From assembly GCA_963693365.1 (NCBI GenBank), contig CAVNZM010000002.1:372001-436000 (forward strand): 64,000 nucleotides of DNA, read 5' to 3'. Origin of the DNA: Amoebidium appalachense (lineage: Eukaryota; Protista; Ichthyosporea). The notes below the pieces were generated by a model. The model had not been told where the DNA came from. It saw only the letters and a program-made list of their open reading frames with translations, and searched no databases. The translations under genes and the position numbers were made by a program. Positions 43,361 through 57,020 of this stretch are shown piece after piece; within the stretch, counting starts at the first letter, position 1, and every line of letters starts with the position of its first letter.

Positions 43361-46238
43361 CTACCTACGCATGAAGTCACTGGGGTTGAGCAGGGTTGGG
43401 TCCCACACGAAAATGTCGATCTTGGCGTTGAAATCTGCGATTGCGGCCTTGGTGGCATTATTGTTGGTGGCCACGGCGGCACCAAAGCCCATCGTGTCGA
43501 GCACCGAGTAGTCCCCGCTGAGCGGTGGGGTGGTGGCGTTGAACATGAGGCCCGAGTAGCCCCAGCCCAGCGTCGGGTTGCGCTTGTAGAGGAAGGCCGC
43601 ACCAAGGTTGTCCACGCCGTTGTAGTTGCTGAAGGGGGCACCAATAAGCAGGCCCGTCTTGTCGGGGGGGGTCAAGACCTGCCTGTATTGGTTGTCGGCA
43701 TTCACCACGGCATTGGCATCGCAGCTCATGGCCAGGCTGTAGCCAAAGCCCTTGATCGTGTACGTCACACTCGGGTCGTCAATCACGGGGGGCTCCAGGG
43801 GTGTGCTGGTGGCAAGGTCGGGCACGTACTTGCCGCCGTCCCATCTGTACGTAAAGACCCGCCCTACGGTATCCGATGTGCCGTCCGTCATGTTTGGTGC
43901 GCCGATGGCCAGGTACGTAGCATTTGCATTGGTGGCTACAGACTCTCCAAACTGGCCGTTGGCAAAGGCGTTCTTGTTGGTGAACACTTGCTTCTCGTCC
44001 CAGTTGAGTGTTGTGTCGTTGACGCGGTAGTGGTATACGGCACGCGTGTTCGACCCGCCGACAAAAATATCCGACCCGTTCCAGCTTACCGCAAGGGCCT
44101 GGCCATAGTACATGTTCATGCGCGGGTCAGAGGGAAGCAACTTGTCGACCTCGTAGAAGATTCCTCTCTTTCCATCGTTGACTAGAAGGTCCTCGACGGG
44201 GGCAACAAGTGGGTCGTAGAGGGGGGTAGGGGGCAGGTCACCCAGCTGGAACACATACGCAGCACCCGTCATGTTCCCTGCTGCGTCGTTGCCGTACGCA
44301 CCAACCACAATCGTGTTGCAGTCGCCCGAAATCTTCACATCCGAGCCAAAATAGTCGAAGGGCTGTGTGTCGCTGGCAATCAGTTGCTGCACCTCGCGGT
44401 AATAGCCAACACTCTCGTCCCAGTCAAACACGTACACAGACCCACCACGCCGGTGGCGGAACGAATCGAGGAACGCACCCACCACGATTCTGTTACCGCT
44501 TGCACAAACGTCGACGCTGTTTCCGTACCAATCGGAAATACGGCCCGAACGTGTGCGAAGAATCTGCACCTCCTGCCACCGCGAGTTGTTGACGGAATAG
44601 TACCAGGCAGTGGCCTGGCCACGGAAGTACTGGTTGGGGATGCTTGTGCCTGTCTCGTAGGTGACGTTTTGAGGCACACCCTGGAGGGAATGTGTGGGTG
44701 AGATGTCAAGTGGTACGGTTGTGTGTTTTTATCTCGTGTTGTGGTGGTGTCCGTGGTTAGTGAGGAACACTGATACAGAGTGCTAATGGCATCCACCGTG
44801 TGCATATCTTTTCTGATGCCTCATAATATGCATGCCAATCATCCCCCAATAGCCACGTCCTTTAACTCCTGGCAGCATAACCATATATTTGCCAGCTGTC
44901 ATTCCTTCGGTTCCTTTACCACCAAATAATACATGCATGCACACCCCCCAACAAGCCACAACTCCACAAGCAGCAACCTGCGACAAAACGTAATTCATAC
45001 ACACACTGCCCTTTACATCCATAATTCCTGACATCCCCCCTCCCCTTCACCTCCCCCCTCCCCCTCTCTCCCCTCCCCCTTCCCCCCCCCATTCCCTCTG
45101 TCCGCCTTTCCTCTCAATTCCCACAAACATGACAACATCTTCTGCCATTGATTTAACGTTAGTCCGGTTTGCCTGGCACATCCCTTGAGTACAAGAGGCG
45201 AAGACAAGAGCCACGAAATAAAATAGGAGCGGGTAGGACAGTGTGTGTGTGCGCGCGTATTCGTGTATGTTTTTGTGTGTTTGGAGGCGCTCGGGAAGGA
45301 AGGGTTGGGGGGGAGGGGGGGGGAGGGGGGGGGGGGGGGGGGGGAGGGGGGGGGGAACAGTGTAATCGTGTTGTGCCCAGTGACCAACGTTGTTCAAGTG
45401 CCCGTCCCGTCCCATACAATTCACTACGCCCTACCACAAAAAATATTACGCATACACACACATTCACGTGCGACATTCCCCCCCCACCACGTGTTTTATG
45501 CACACCACACACCTGCACTATTGTCATGCCATCGCAGCTCATGGCTACATTTTGCATGCCCAAGATGCCGTGGTCCGTGGGCAGACACTCCGAGGCAGGG
45601 TACGTCATACTGTTGTAAAAGCCATCGTTGCACATGCCCTTCACACACACGGGAATGTCTCCGTCGCAAATCGTTTGGTCGTCCATGCACCCATCCGCCG
45701 GCCCACATGGGTACCGCATTGTGACCGTAACAGCAATGGTTTGTGTTGTGCGTGTGATTGTGGGGGTTGTGGGCGGATATACTATGGTCATAGAGGGTGT
45801 AAAAACGCCTGTGTATGACGTGTATGTTTGTGTCGGGGTGGGGTTAAGACGGTCGGGTCGGTCCGGCCTGTTTTGCTTGTGGTCTTTGTGGTCTTTGTGG
45901 TCCTTCTTTTTCTTCCCATCGTTCATTTCCTCCGGATTCAGCACATTCTCCTCCGTTACTACCGGTTTCTTATAATGTTTTGTGTCTGTAATGCTCTTCC
46001 CTCGCCCCTTTTCCTTTCCATTTTCTGTTGCGTTTATGAGATTCCCGTTCTTATCCTTTCCGGTGAGGTCAAACCCAAACACGTCAAAGCCATTACTGTC
46101 ATACCCGTTGATATCGTAAATACCGCCCTTAATACCAAAATATGCGGCCCTAAGGTCTTGGCTCTGTGTGCCTGCTTCCTGACCCTGTGCCGCCCTAGCC
46201 ACCAGCAGGGCAGCAAGTAACGCGTGGCCTACCGCCAT
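43361..46238 (-). CDS. Secreted FG-GAP repeat (integrin-alpha-like) beta-propeller protein
   Basis: Two phase-0 exons, 46238-45513 and 44680-43361. Signal peptide MAVGHALLAALLVARAAQG; G[FY]Dxx repeats, Lys-rich and Thr-rich linkers, a Cys-rich module, then about seven blades (e.g. YGNSVDVCASGNRIVVGA, YFGSDVKISGDCNTIVVGAY, FGESVATNANATYLAIGAP, FGYSLAMS...LLIGAP). No C-terminal TM helix. Confidence 0.9.
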
Positions 46239-47802
46239 CGTGTCATGGACGGCGTGCTAAACCACGCTTGTGTGTGTGTGTTGTGTCTGTTGTGTGGACC
46301 TAACGTGCGCAACTAGTACAGCCTAGAACTCAAAACTCTAAACTACCCACCCCCTGCACTGTTCCCGGTTTATCCTACAGTTTCTATAGTCATACTGGGT
46401 GGGGAAAATAACTCGGACAGTCAGACAGGTGGTGTGGTTCGTGCCTGCGCCTAGTGAAACTGTAGGTGCGGCTGTGTGCCGCACTGACAACTCTCCCCTG
46501 CAACGAGACCTGGGCCGCCTATTGGTGGATGACCGCGAATACAATCAGCTAGGAAATCTTTGAAATGATTGGTCTAATAGCACTAACCGTGTTTTTATTG
46601 GTCTCTGCACTGCAGGGAGAGCAAAGGGAGCCCGCCTAAGGCTTTGTAGCAGTGGGAGCTGTGTGATAAATATATACAGTACGTGCGTAATAAATAAACT
46701 TCTATTGCCATTTAACATACTGTATTTAGAAGAACTTTATAATATTTTCAAAAAAGAGCAGTATATTCCGGGGGACGGGTATGCCACCGAAAACGGAAAC
46801 ACATTTTGTGCTACATGATTTAAGATTAATTGTAGCATTTGATTCGCCACAGTAGTAGTTCATGAATCGAGACTTGCTCAGTTTGCTAACACCAATTAAT
46901 TTTGTTATCAGATTTATGTTTGATATTTTTGCTTGTTATTTATTTTTAGCATTAAATATAACATACCTAAACTAATTATCTTTGCTACCTAACTAATTCC
47001 CGTGTACGGTGTTCCCGCTGGCGTCAGTCGTTGGGGCCAAAGCCCAAGAGATGAGCTGATTGGTTAACTATAAATCATGTACACCAGTTACAATGGCTAA
47101 ACTTGGCTGTCTGCTGATTGGATTCTTATACTGTATCCAATGAAATCGAGGCATTATCCTGCTTTCTGATTGGTGAAAACGTAGCAAACCAATCAACGCG
47201 GTCGAGCCTCATTCCATTCAGTCTATATTTGGCCTTGTACGCGGGCGCCGGCCGCGGAACCTGCAAGGCGAAGGAAAAGAAAAGCAAAAAGTCAAATAAT
47301 ACATAAACTGAAATAACAGTTTGAGTTTGTATGATTAGCATTATCACCCCGTACGTAAACTGCATTATAATTTTTCGTCAGGTCATTCTAATTAGGAGGC
47401 CAGAATCCGGATGCGCGGGCGCACCGATATGCATCCACACGGTCCACACTGCGAATCTCGAGGGCTGTACAGGGGCGGGATATGTGCAATAACGCACTAA
47501 GCATATCCTACGTGCGTATGCCAAGCAACACCCCCCCCCCCCCCCCCCCCCCCCCCTCCCCCCCCCCCCCCCCCTCCCCTCCTCTCTCCTCTGTGACACC
47601 CTCCTCCCCCCCCCCTCCCCCCCCCCCTCCCCCTTCCCCCCCCCCCCACAGACACGCACACACACGCACACACACGCACACACACACAAACACAAAAGAA
47701 ATGCAAGAAAGAGTCCGACATAGATCTAGACATAACGTTAACATAGGGATGTCTTATGCCAGCTTGCATGCTCCTCCCTGCCCTCCCTCCAGGCCCTCCG
47801 AA

Positions 47803-47838
<36 letters not shown>

Positions 47839-48013
47839 TGACACCCCCCCCGCACCACCACCCCACCCCACCACCCCCCCTGGCCCACAATCAAAGCCCC
47901 TTTCTCCCCATATATGCATCTCCAGATCTAGACCTCTCTTTAGAGGACACTAAAAATTGTGTTTTGCATCCGTCCCACTCCCCCCCCCCCCCCCCCCCCC
48001 CCCCTCCCCCCCC

Positions 48014-48061
<48 letters not shown>

Positions 48062-48142
48062 CGGGGCGGCCCCGCCATCCGAGACTCTCTTCAACGCAAC
48101 ACACGTACACACACGTATAATAACACACACACACACACACAC

Positions 48143-48242
<100 letters not shown>

Positions 48243-48297
48243 CACATGCACGCGTCAATCTCCGCTCTCTCTCCCCCTCCCCCCGCTAGAGCTCTCT

Positions 48298-48370
<73 letters not shown>

Positions 48371-48391
48371 CTCTCTCTGTCTGTCTGTCTG

Positions 48392-48464
<73 letters not shown>

Positions 48465-49125
48465 CTATCTCCGAGACTATCTCTCTTACTCTCCCCCCCT
48501 ATCTCTTTCTATAGCTATATATATATATATATATATATATATCTCCCACACCCCCTGACACCCCCCCTCTCCCCCCCCCCCCCCTCCCCCCTCCCCCCCC
48601 CCCCCCCCCCCCCCCCCGGCCCGCCCGCAAGGTCTCTCTCTCACCCATCTCTCTCTTCCTCCTCTCTCTCACCTTTCTACATATCTCAGTGATTGTATGC
48701 GTGGGTCACTGGGTGTGTGCATGTGTGACATTGTATCTAGGCACGGTATCTGTTTGTGTGCTTGTTGTTGCGTGCATACGTGTGTCTGTGTGTTTACATA
48801 CGAGCTAGTACACTGTTGCCATGAGTGGACATGCACTGATATTCACATGATGCCATTGAGTATTTCGATCAAAATAACTGTGACGAACGAATCCGGATCC
48901 ACAACGATCATCAGTGGAAGAACCAGCTGAGGTAAATTAAAATTATTATGGACGGGTAGAGGTGATACTGGCAGACTGATAAGAGCCCCCCGGGCCCGGG
49001 GAATCATTCTTATGGTGCACGATGATTTTTTTTTTTTTTTTTTTTTTTTTTAGGGGGGGGGGGGGGGGGGGATTCGAATGATGATCTAGCTGGCGGTGCA
49101 TAAAGCGCACGACCGCCCCCCCCCT

Positions 49126-49159
<34 letters not shown>

Positions 49160-49735
49160 GGGGGGAGGGGAACAAACAAACATGCACGTTCATTTTTCTT
49201 TTTTTTTTTCCTGTTGTGTGCCGAGGTGGCCATTTTTATTTTTCTGTCTAATACTTTCTCACCCTTGTGCTCGGAATTAACCACGGAAAGGGGGCAAGGC
49301 ACGATAGTAATACTTTGGGGGAAAAAAGCGAGTTCCTTTTTGTCACGTGCTCTCCCAGCTGTGTACTGGCCAATAGGGGTTCGTTTTAAAGGTCGCATGT
49401 CCAAAAATGGAGTTGCGGGGTAATCCTATTTTGGGAAAAGCATGTAATGAACAAATACTATAAACCATGAATCACGGATAAGCATATATTCTATGCGTAT
49501 CCGGTCTGAAAACATAAATATCAAGAATTTAGGTGGGGCTATCCATCGAATAATGACCTTGTGTGAAACAGTAAGTTCATTACCACGGCATCCTCCTAGC
49601 TCCGTCCATACTAAATACTTATTTGTATATACTCGTACATCATTATAATCCCAACCAACCCACAGCCATCACATCGTGGCCGTCACATCCATATGCACCA
49701 ATCACATTCCTCCACACATCACCATATAAGACCAA

Positions 49736-50340
49736 TTAGGCCTTATCTTCGGGGTCATCACCCAGTTCGAGCAGTGCCTTAAACAGTGCAGTGTCCCTTA
49801 ACTCCTGCCCGTCTGGGCCCTTTGGTAGGTCCTCGGTGTCTGCATCCTTGTCATATGGGGGTATGTCGATGGTAAAGAGCCCCTTGGGTTGCGGCACTAC
49901 AGTGTAGCTGCAGAGAAAAGGGTTAATACGTGTTGGGCAGTAAAATGGTTAAAAATAAACTAGGTCTACGGTGAAGGTGTGTTGAGCCAAAAAACGAAAA
50001 AAGACCGAGCTTACACAAATGGATATTCTTTATGTGAACTTGGAAAGGAGGGAAGAAGGAACGGGGCACTTGTGCTGTTTAACATTCTGGCAGGATTGTA
50101 TTTGCAATATACTACAATGGGGCGGAAAGAGGCAGAAACATGACACATGCTCGTTTGATTGTGAGTCTCACTCTTCGTGTGTGTGTCTGTGTGTGTGCAC
50201 GCCTGTGTGAGAGTGGAGATAAATGTATCCGTTTGTGCCCTTCCGTGCCTGCGTGTGCCTGTACTGTGTGTGTGTGTGTGTGTGTTGTGCGCAAGTCTGT
50301 ATGGGAGAGATAGATTTGGAGAGGGAGGGAGAGGGAGGGG

Positions 50341-50376
<36 letters not shown>

Positions 50377-50904
50377 AGGAGAGAGAGAGAGAGAGTGTGT
50401 GTGTGTGTGCGCGTGTACACGTGCACATACTTGGAGTGGATAGCCTCGAACCCAGGCCGCACAAACACGTTGTCAGGGACAAAGGGGATCTCCGTGTTAG
50501 CCCTGATGATGTCATCCAACCCGTAGGACCCATCCAGGATGCCCCGCATGATCGCGCACAGGGACTTCCACTTGGGGTCACCGCACCGCTCGTTGATCTG
50601 GGGGGATTGTGGAATGTGAGAGGAGAACACTTACAGGACAAGGTGTGTGTGTGTGTGTTTTATTGTTTTGGTGTGTGACAGGTGTGACGTCAGTCAATAA
50701 GAGTGGCCCATTCTCGGATTAGGATGCCGGTGTAGGCGGGGTGGGTTGAGGTGGCGGTGTGCTCGCTGAGTCTGTTTTACTTTTTCATTCCCGGCAGGAG
50801 GGGGGGAGGGGGGGGGGGGGGGGGGGGGGGGGAGCGGTTACAGGGCACGAAGCAAACATTTAGAACTAACAAAAAATTTGCAGAACATACATTAAGACTA
50901 TTTT

Positions 50905-50938
<34 letters not shown>

Positions 50939-51668
50939 GGGGGGAGAGCAAAATGACATTTCACATTCCAAACGGTAGACTTACCACACGCGTGAGTCTG
51001 GGGCGGAACCAGAAGCGGTCATTCCTCTGCAAATATGCAAATTGCTGCATAAACCCCCACCGCAGGGTGGGGCCTGTGGACGAGCCGGGCACGTGGTCCT
51101 CACACAGCATGCCCGAGAACAGGTCGATGTTGTCCAGTTGGTGGCGGTAGACCGCACGCAGTTTTTTGCGCAAATTGTTGCGCTTGGTGATGTCCGTGAA
51201 CTTGTCGATCACCTATTTGAAGAGGGGGGAGGAAGTGGGGCGGAGAGGAAGGGGGGGGGGGGGGGTTTGAATGTGGAACGCGGTACGAAGGACGCATACA
51301 CGATGAGAAACATGGTGCAGGACACATGCAAAGGCAAACATTCACGTATGCAACATCAGCCATGTGCACAGTATGTGTCATAAGCAGAGCCCATCCTCAG
51401 GGAGGGCCCAAGTCATCAATTGCGTCTGAGTTTCGACCCCTTAGCCCGTGTATATACGACGCTCCAAATCAGACAGCAGCATCAACTGAACTTGGGTGGG
51501 TCAACCCGTCTTGCTCAAAGACGAGCAGGGTTGCTTATGCAAGCAAGGTGAGCAAAACGGTGAAGATGTGTGTGCAAACTAATGCAGTGCAGTGAAAATG
51601 CGTATGTGATTACAAATGCACGACACAGAGCAACCATGCCCGGTTGCATGGAAGTAAAGCCATTCGGG

Positions 51669-51699
<31 letters not shown>

Positions 51700-51881
51700 T
51701 GAGAATGCGTTACAGAGTATGAAGTACAGATAAAATGTGCAAAGAGCACCCTTGATAAGCAGGCCCCATCCTCAAGGATGGCGGGCATTTGAAGAGGTGG
51801 GGGGTTCATTTTGTCCAAAAACTATGTGATGTCAGAAACACCACACACACCTGTTCAACGTGTTGCACACATGCTATATCT

Positions 51882-51939
<58 letters not shown>

Positions 51940-52448
51940 AGCACACACACGTGCGCGCAGAGCCACACATGATACATCCGCAGTATCTCCAACCAAGTGC
52001 ACGAGCAAGACAAAAACACGAGCATAATGCCCTCGTACTCTCCACCTTACTATCTGCTCCACGCATATTCACGTGCACACATACTTGCACACACACAGCG
52101 TGTGCACACACACAACATTGTCCCTACACCTACACACACACAATGAACACATGTACACACATAACACGTGAACACTCAGCACGTGCACACACATAACACG
52201 TGCACACATACCGTGCCCGAGAGCAGGGCCCTAGCGGATCTGTAATCGAACAGGCCCAGATCTCTCCCCCGCTGCAAATTGATCGACACGATGTCCAAAG
52301 CAGTTGCAAATGCCGGATTGTCTGCAAAATCCTTGAATTGGCCCCTGAAATTTGGAAATTTTAGGGTTAAATAAGTGAAACGGGAGAGGTAGGAGAGAGG
52401 GGCCGTGCTGCGGAGGAAGAGGGGTGGTGGTGGTGGTGGTGGTGGGGT

Positions 52449-52479
<31 letters not shown>

Positions 52480-53092
52480 GGTGGTAAAATATGCAAACTT
52501 GCGTGCAGAGGATCCGAAACCACATTCTAAAGAAGAAATGGGGTGGGGGGGGGGGGGATCTGTATAACACGTGGCTAGTCTAAGTGACCGGGCTATGCAT
52601 CAGGCACAGAGCCAATCCTCAGATTGTCACCCTGAGTGATCGAGCAAGGATCCGGGGAAGGGGGGGAGTGAGGCACAGAGGATGAGAGAGGAGTGTGTAT
52701 GTGAGTGTGTCATATGTAAAAGCAGCGCCAAGGGGAAAGGAGGAGAGAGAGGGGCTGGGGGGGGGGGGGGGGGGGGGGGGGGGGGAACATACTCGAACAG
52801 GTGGTTTCTCATCGAATCAATAACCTTGTGGTCAATCCTCTGAAGGGGCTGCGTGAACAGGCCAATCACAACAGGTTCGATCCGATTGTCGATCTCTGCA
52901 AATCGGTCCTCCTTCTTGAAGAAGTTCTTGTGCAGGCGGAAGGGGCCCTTTGCGTGTTGTTTGTATGTTTTGGTGGCGGGGTCGAATGCCTTGTGGTCGA
53001 ATCGCAGGAAATCGTTGTTGATCTGTCGTAATCGGGAAAGGGGAGTTAGAATGGTCACGGAGTACGATGTACTCACCGGAGGGTGGGGTGGT

Positions 53093-53128
<36 letters not shown>

Positions 53129-54284
53129 GGAGGGAGGAGAGAAGAAGAGGGCGGGGAGGGGCGGGGGAAGGGGGGGGGAAGACCGGCTATGATGCCGAGA
53201 GTAAGCAGCACAGGGGCCACCGCAGATGCATGCACGTGCAGTGAAACAAATGCATAAACACACATGCACAAAAAAGCATACATCGCACACAACACACAAC
53301 GAAGAAATCCTTCAACTTTCGAGGCCTCTACCCTTTCAGATTTGGGTGTGATTGGATGGTGCGTGTTTGCATTTGAACAGTACCAAGTGCCCGGTCATTC
53401 TTTGCACATCTACAGTTCACTTCTTAGTTCTCCCCGCTCCCCCCCCACACCCACCCATCCTTTCTCCCAGGCCCTTATTTCTTCTTCTCGTCTGACCATC
53501 ATATCAGCCACCAGAATGACCCCCACTCCCATCATCCCCCTTCCCCCTTCCCCCCGTCTCCCCTCCAACATACATACAGACACACACCAGTGCAAAGAAA
53601 ACGTGACTCTACACGTATACGGAAGTGTGCATGCAAGAGGGCAAACACAGTACCGGTCCGATATATTACCTCATTAGTAGTTGTGTATTCGTTTACATTC
53701 CCCTCCCCCCCCCCCCCCACTTACACACACACACACAACACCACCACGCACACGTAAAGGCAGGGGGCGGGAGGGGGGGGGGGACGGTTGTGTACCATAG
53801 TATGACCTGCGCGCAGCAATGCACCACTGAACATGCGGAACACCCCCACATTGCCCTCTGGATCATAACTCTCCTCCCTCATCTTGACCCCTAGGAGGGC
53901 AGGCAACCAGTCATCCCACGTGATTTTCTGTTCCTCCGCCTCCACAATCATCCGTGCAATGTCGAATATCTCACGCGTGTCGTCGGTGATATTAGCGGCG
54001 GTGATAATATCAACCAGTCGGTTGTGCTCACGGGCCATGAGAATGTGCATGGAGGCAAGGCCGGGTTGCACGTCTGCTCTCTCGTCTCCCGCCTGCGGCT
54101 TTCCGTCGTCCAAATTGCCCAAAAGCCCATCTTTGGTGAGGGAAAGTTTGGGTGTTCCTGGTACAAGAAGGGCAGAGAGAAGGTCTGGGCAAAAGAAATG
54201 GGTGTGAGAGTGCGTGTGGAAGGTAGGATAAAATGGGGAAAACGGTATTAGGAGGGTGTGTTTATGCTTATGGATGTGCACTTG

Positions 54285-54348
<64 letters not shown>

Positions 54349-55682
54349 TGTGTGCGCGCGTGTGTTTGTGCCTGTGTGTGTTAATGTGACGATGTGTTTG
54401 TGTGTGTGTGCGTGTGTGTGTCCAAGTCTCTCTGTACACGTGGTGCAGAGTGCAGCAGAGCCTTTCATCATGGTCTATATATGGCATCAGGAGGATATTT
54501 ATAGCTCCTGTTGGCCACGTGAAGAACCCTTCCTCACCAACCCCAATGTCGGGGCATGGATGTGTGCGTGACTGCCGCAGTGCCGGCACGCATGTGTGTA
54601 TGCACCCCCTCCCCCATTCCCCCCTTCACCACTCACCCAGCCACTGTCTTCGTTACCCTTTCATAACTACCCCACCCCCACCCCCCTTTTCTTCCTTCCT
54701 CCAAACACACAAACCCTTTCCTCATCATTAATGGTAGTTGATTGCAACCCGTCCCCCTCTTTTCACCCCTGTCTCTCTCTTCGTTCTCTGGGGTTGCCAC
54801 ACACACATACCCGAGTCCGAACCATAGACTGCAGATGCATCGAGCCAGTGTGTGAGGTGGTTCTTAGCATCGTCTTCCTGCCAGTCGTCATTCCTCGTGA
54901 AAGCAATGCGGTCCACAGGGCTCGTGTAGCGCCCTTGGAACTCATAGTCCTCTTTGACGAGGATGTGTGCAAACTTGGCCCCCTTGTCTTTGGCTGGTGC
55001 AGTGGTAAGTGCAAGGTCTGTGCGAAGGAAAAAGGAAAAAAAAGTGTCAGCGGGTCGAGGGTGTTTTGTGTTTTGTCCCAAACAGTGATCCGGCATGAAC
55101 AGAGCATGCATGTTGCTACACGAAGAAGTCTTCTTGTTTCGGTCGACCGATTAAATCTGCTTCTTCTTTGCCCTATTACATATGTATGGATATAAGATAT
55201 GCCTCCCCTCCCACCCTCTCCTCCCCAATACACGGACACACATCCCCTCGTTCTTTCCATTCTTTCACCAATCCAAACCTGAGAGAAGCCCCCCCCTCCC
55301 CCATCCCCCCAACCACCACCACCCACCCCCAAAACCCAGCCTTTCAAACAGCATGTGCTATATCAGCAGGCACTCCAGCATGTGCTATATCAGCAGGCAC
55401 TCCACAACAAGTGTGTTGATTATGTGCTCATAAACGTGGTCGTAAAAGTGCACCTACCGTGGTCGATAAACTGTCCCCACTGCATGATCCAGTGTGTGAG
55501 CCCCCGCCTGTCCCTCACATCCTCCTCCGGTGCTTGGTGGTGGATAACATTGCTGATGAGACGGGGGAAACTCCTTCCTACGACAAACGTTTTGGTGGGT
55601 TCACTCCGGGGACGTGTGCCCATGGTGAAGTAGGAGTCGAGCTTGGCACCCAGCCCTTGCCTTTTGATGTTGTTGCATTTTC

Positions 55683-55733
<51 letters not shown>

Positions 55734-56733
55734 CGCGCGCATGTGTGTTGTCTGCTTGAGACGTGCCCATCGTGTCAATTTTGTGACAACCGTAAGTGTG
55801 GCTTCACATTCGCAGGCCAGTTCATAGGCAATCATTAATGGGTTTCCCTTTTAAAACAAAAAAAGCTGAACGTGGCCTAAGCTCCTCATTCGGCACTCTC
55901 ACGTGTGCACAACGTGTGGTAGGAGTGTGCTTGAATTTCTATAAAGGAAAGAATCAAGTCTGTGTGTATGTACGCGCAACTGTCCCTTGAGCAGAAGCAC
56001 GTGCCTATATACGCTTCTCTGGCTGATTGCAGTGTACAAGCACTATCACTTGAGCATGTGGAGCTCTCCCGTATGTGTGTGTCACAAGTGTCTGAAAACG
56101 GTGGGCATGGGTGTGTGGTTTGTGTTGCTTAAGTAAGCGTGTGCAAGAAGGCGGATGTGTAGGCGTGTAGAGGTATGCTCGTGCATTATGGTGTGGGCAT
56201 CTTCGTATGTGTGCGCGAGCGCGCTCGCGTGTGTGTCGACACCCAATTTAAGTCGACGCCCAAAGCTTTTACGGTTTTGAGGTGATATTGAAAATAAAGT
56301 GGCCTACAGTGCACATTATGATGAGGCACTCAGCAGGAAGTTCGTTCTCCCAAACGATAGAGTCTATCCCACACCCCGTTCCAGATTTTGCATGCACGGT
56401 TGGTGATCTAGGGATAGATCATGGGCCCAAAAGCATCTGGAAACGTGGAAACGAGCAACAGGTTTCGTTGTGTGTAGGGATTAAAGGTAGTGAAAAAGTT
56501 GCTGTGTTACAATAGACGTTAGTCGAAACAACAGCTAATCGAACTCGACATCAGCCGCCTGATTTCCCTCTACTTGGTGCAATTCCCTCGTGTTTCCCAT
56601 CAGCACTGTGCTGTTCCGTGTGGGCATAGAGACACTAACCATCATCACGGCGGTATGCAGACGCGAACGGGCAGAGAGCGTCAGAGACGCCCGCTCCCGC
56701 CGCTATAGCGACTAAGATAGACTTCACTAGCAT
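49736..56733 (-). CDS. Secreted animal-type heme peroxidase (peroxidase-cyclooxygenase superfamily)
   Basis: Nine exons: 56733-56640, 55682-55458, 55017-54811, ~54185-53797, ~53022-52792, ~52344-52212, 51212-50985, 50597-50431, 49907-49736. Signal peptide, then YRRDDGKCNN, PRLISN, MQWGQFIDHD (distal His), THWLDASAVYGS (Ca2+ site), AGDERAD, REHNRL, LRAGHTM (proximal His), INLQRGRDLGL, DNIDLFSG, DRFWF. Confidence 0.95.
51266..51659 (-). repeat. ~390-bp dispersed intronic repeat, copy B
   Basis: Colinear high-identity match to 6359-6748; ends ~55 nt upstream of the peroxidase acceptor at 51212. Confidence 0.95.
55351..55404. repeat. Perfect 27-bp tandem duplication
   Basis: GCATGTGCTATATCAGCAGGCACTCCA occurs twice in a peroxidase intron. 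Confidence 0.9.
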
Positions 56734-57020
56734 GGTGCTGGCAGGCGACAATCTCTTTCTCGAGAAACACGCTGGCACCATGAGTATGACGCGGAGCGTT
56801 ACGACGTTATAACATCCTGAATGGAATGCGTTCGTTTGCCTTGCTGCCGACATATCAATGTATGATTAAAAACCTTTAAACTAACCCAACTTTGCTGTTA
56901 GCATTTAAATGTTTTTTAAATCCAAGCAATTAGGCTCAAAGCAATTTACAGAGAGGTATGTGATGCCGAACCCCTGGAATGCTGTCGGGCTACATTCTTC
57001 ATATTTGTTGCAGCACCATG

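Noticed and set aside
43193-44185. 330-aa plus-strand ORF
   Set aside because: Antisense shadow of the GC3-rich FG-GAP exon with no motifs of its own.
55900-56090. Cys-rich phase-compatible candidate exon in peroxidase intron 1
   Set aside because: Exon 1 joins exon 2 directly to give the conserved YRRDDGKCNN motif, which an insert would break.
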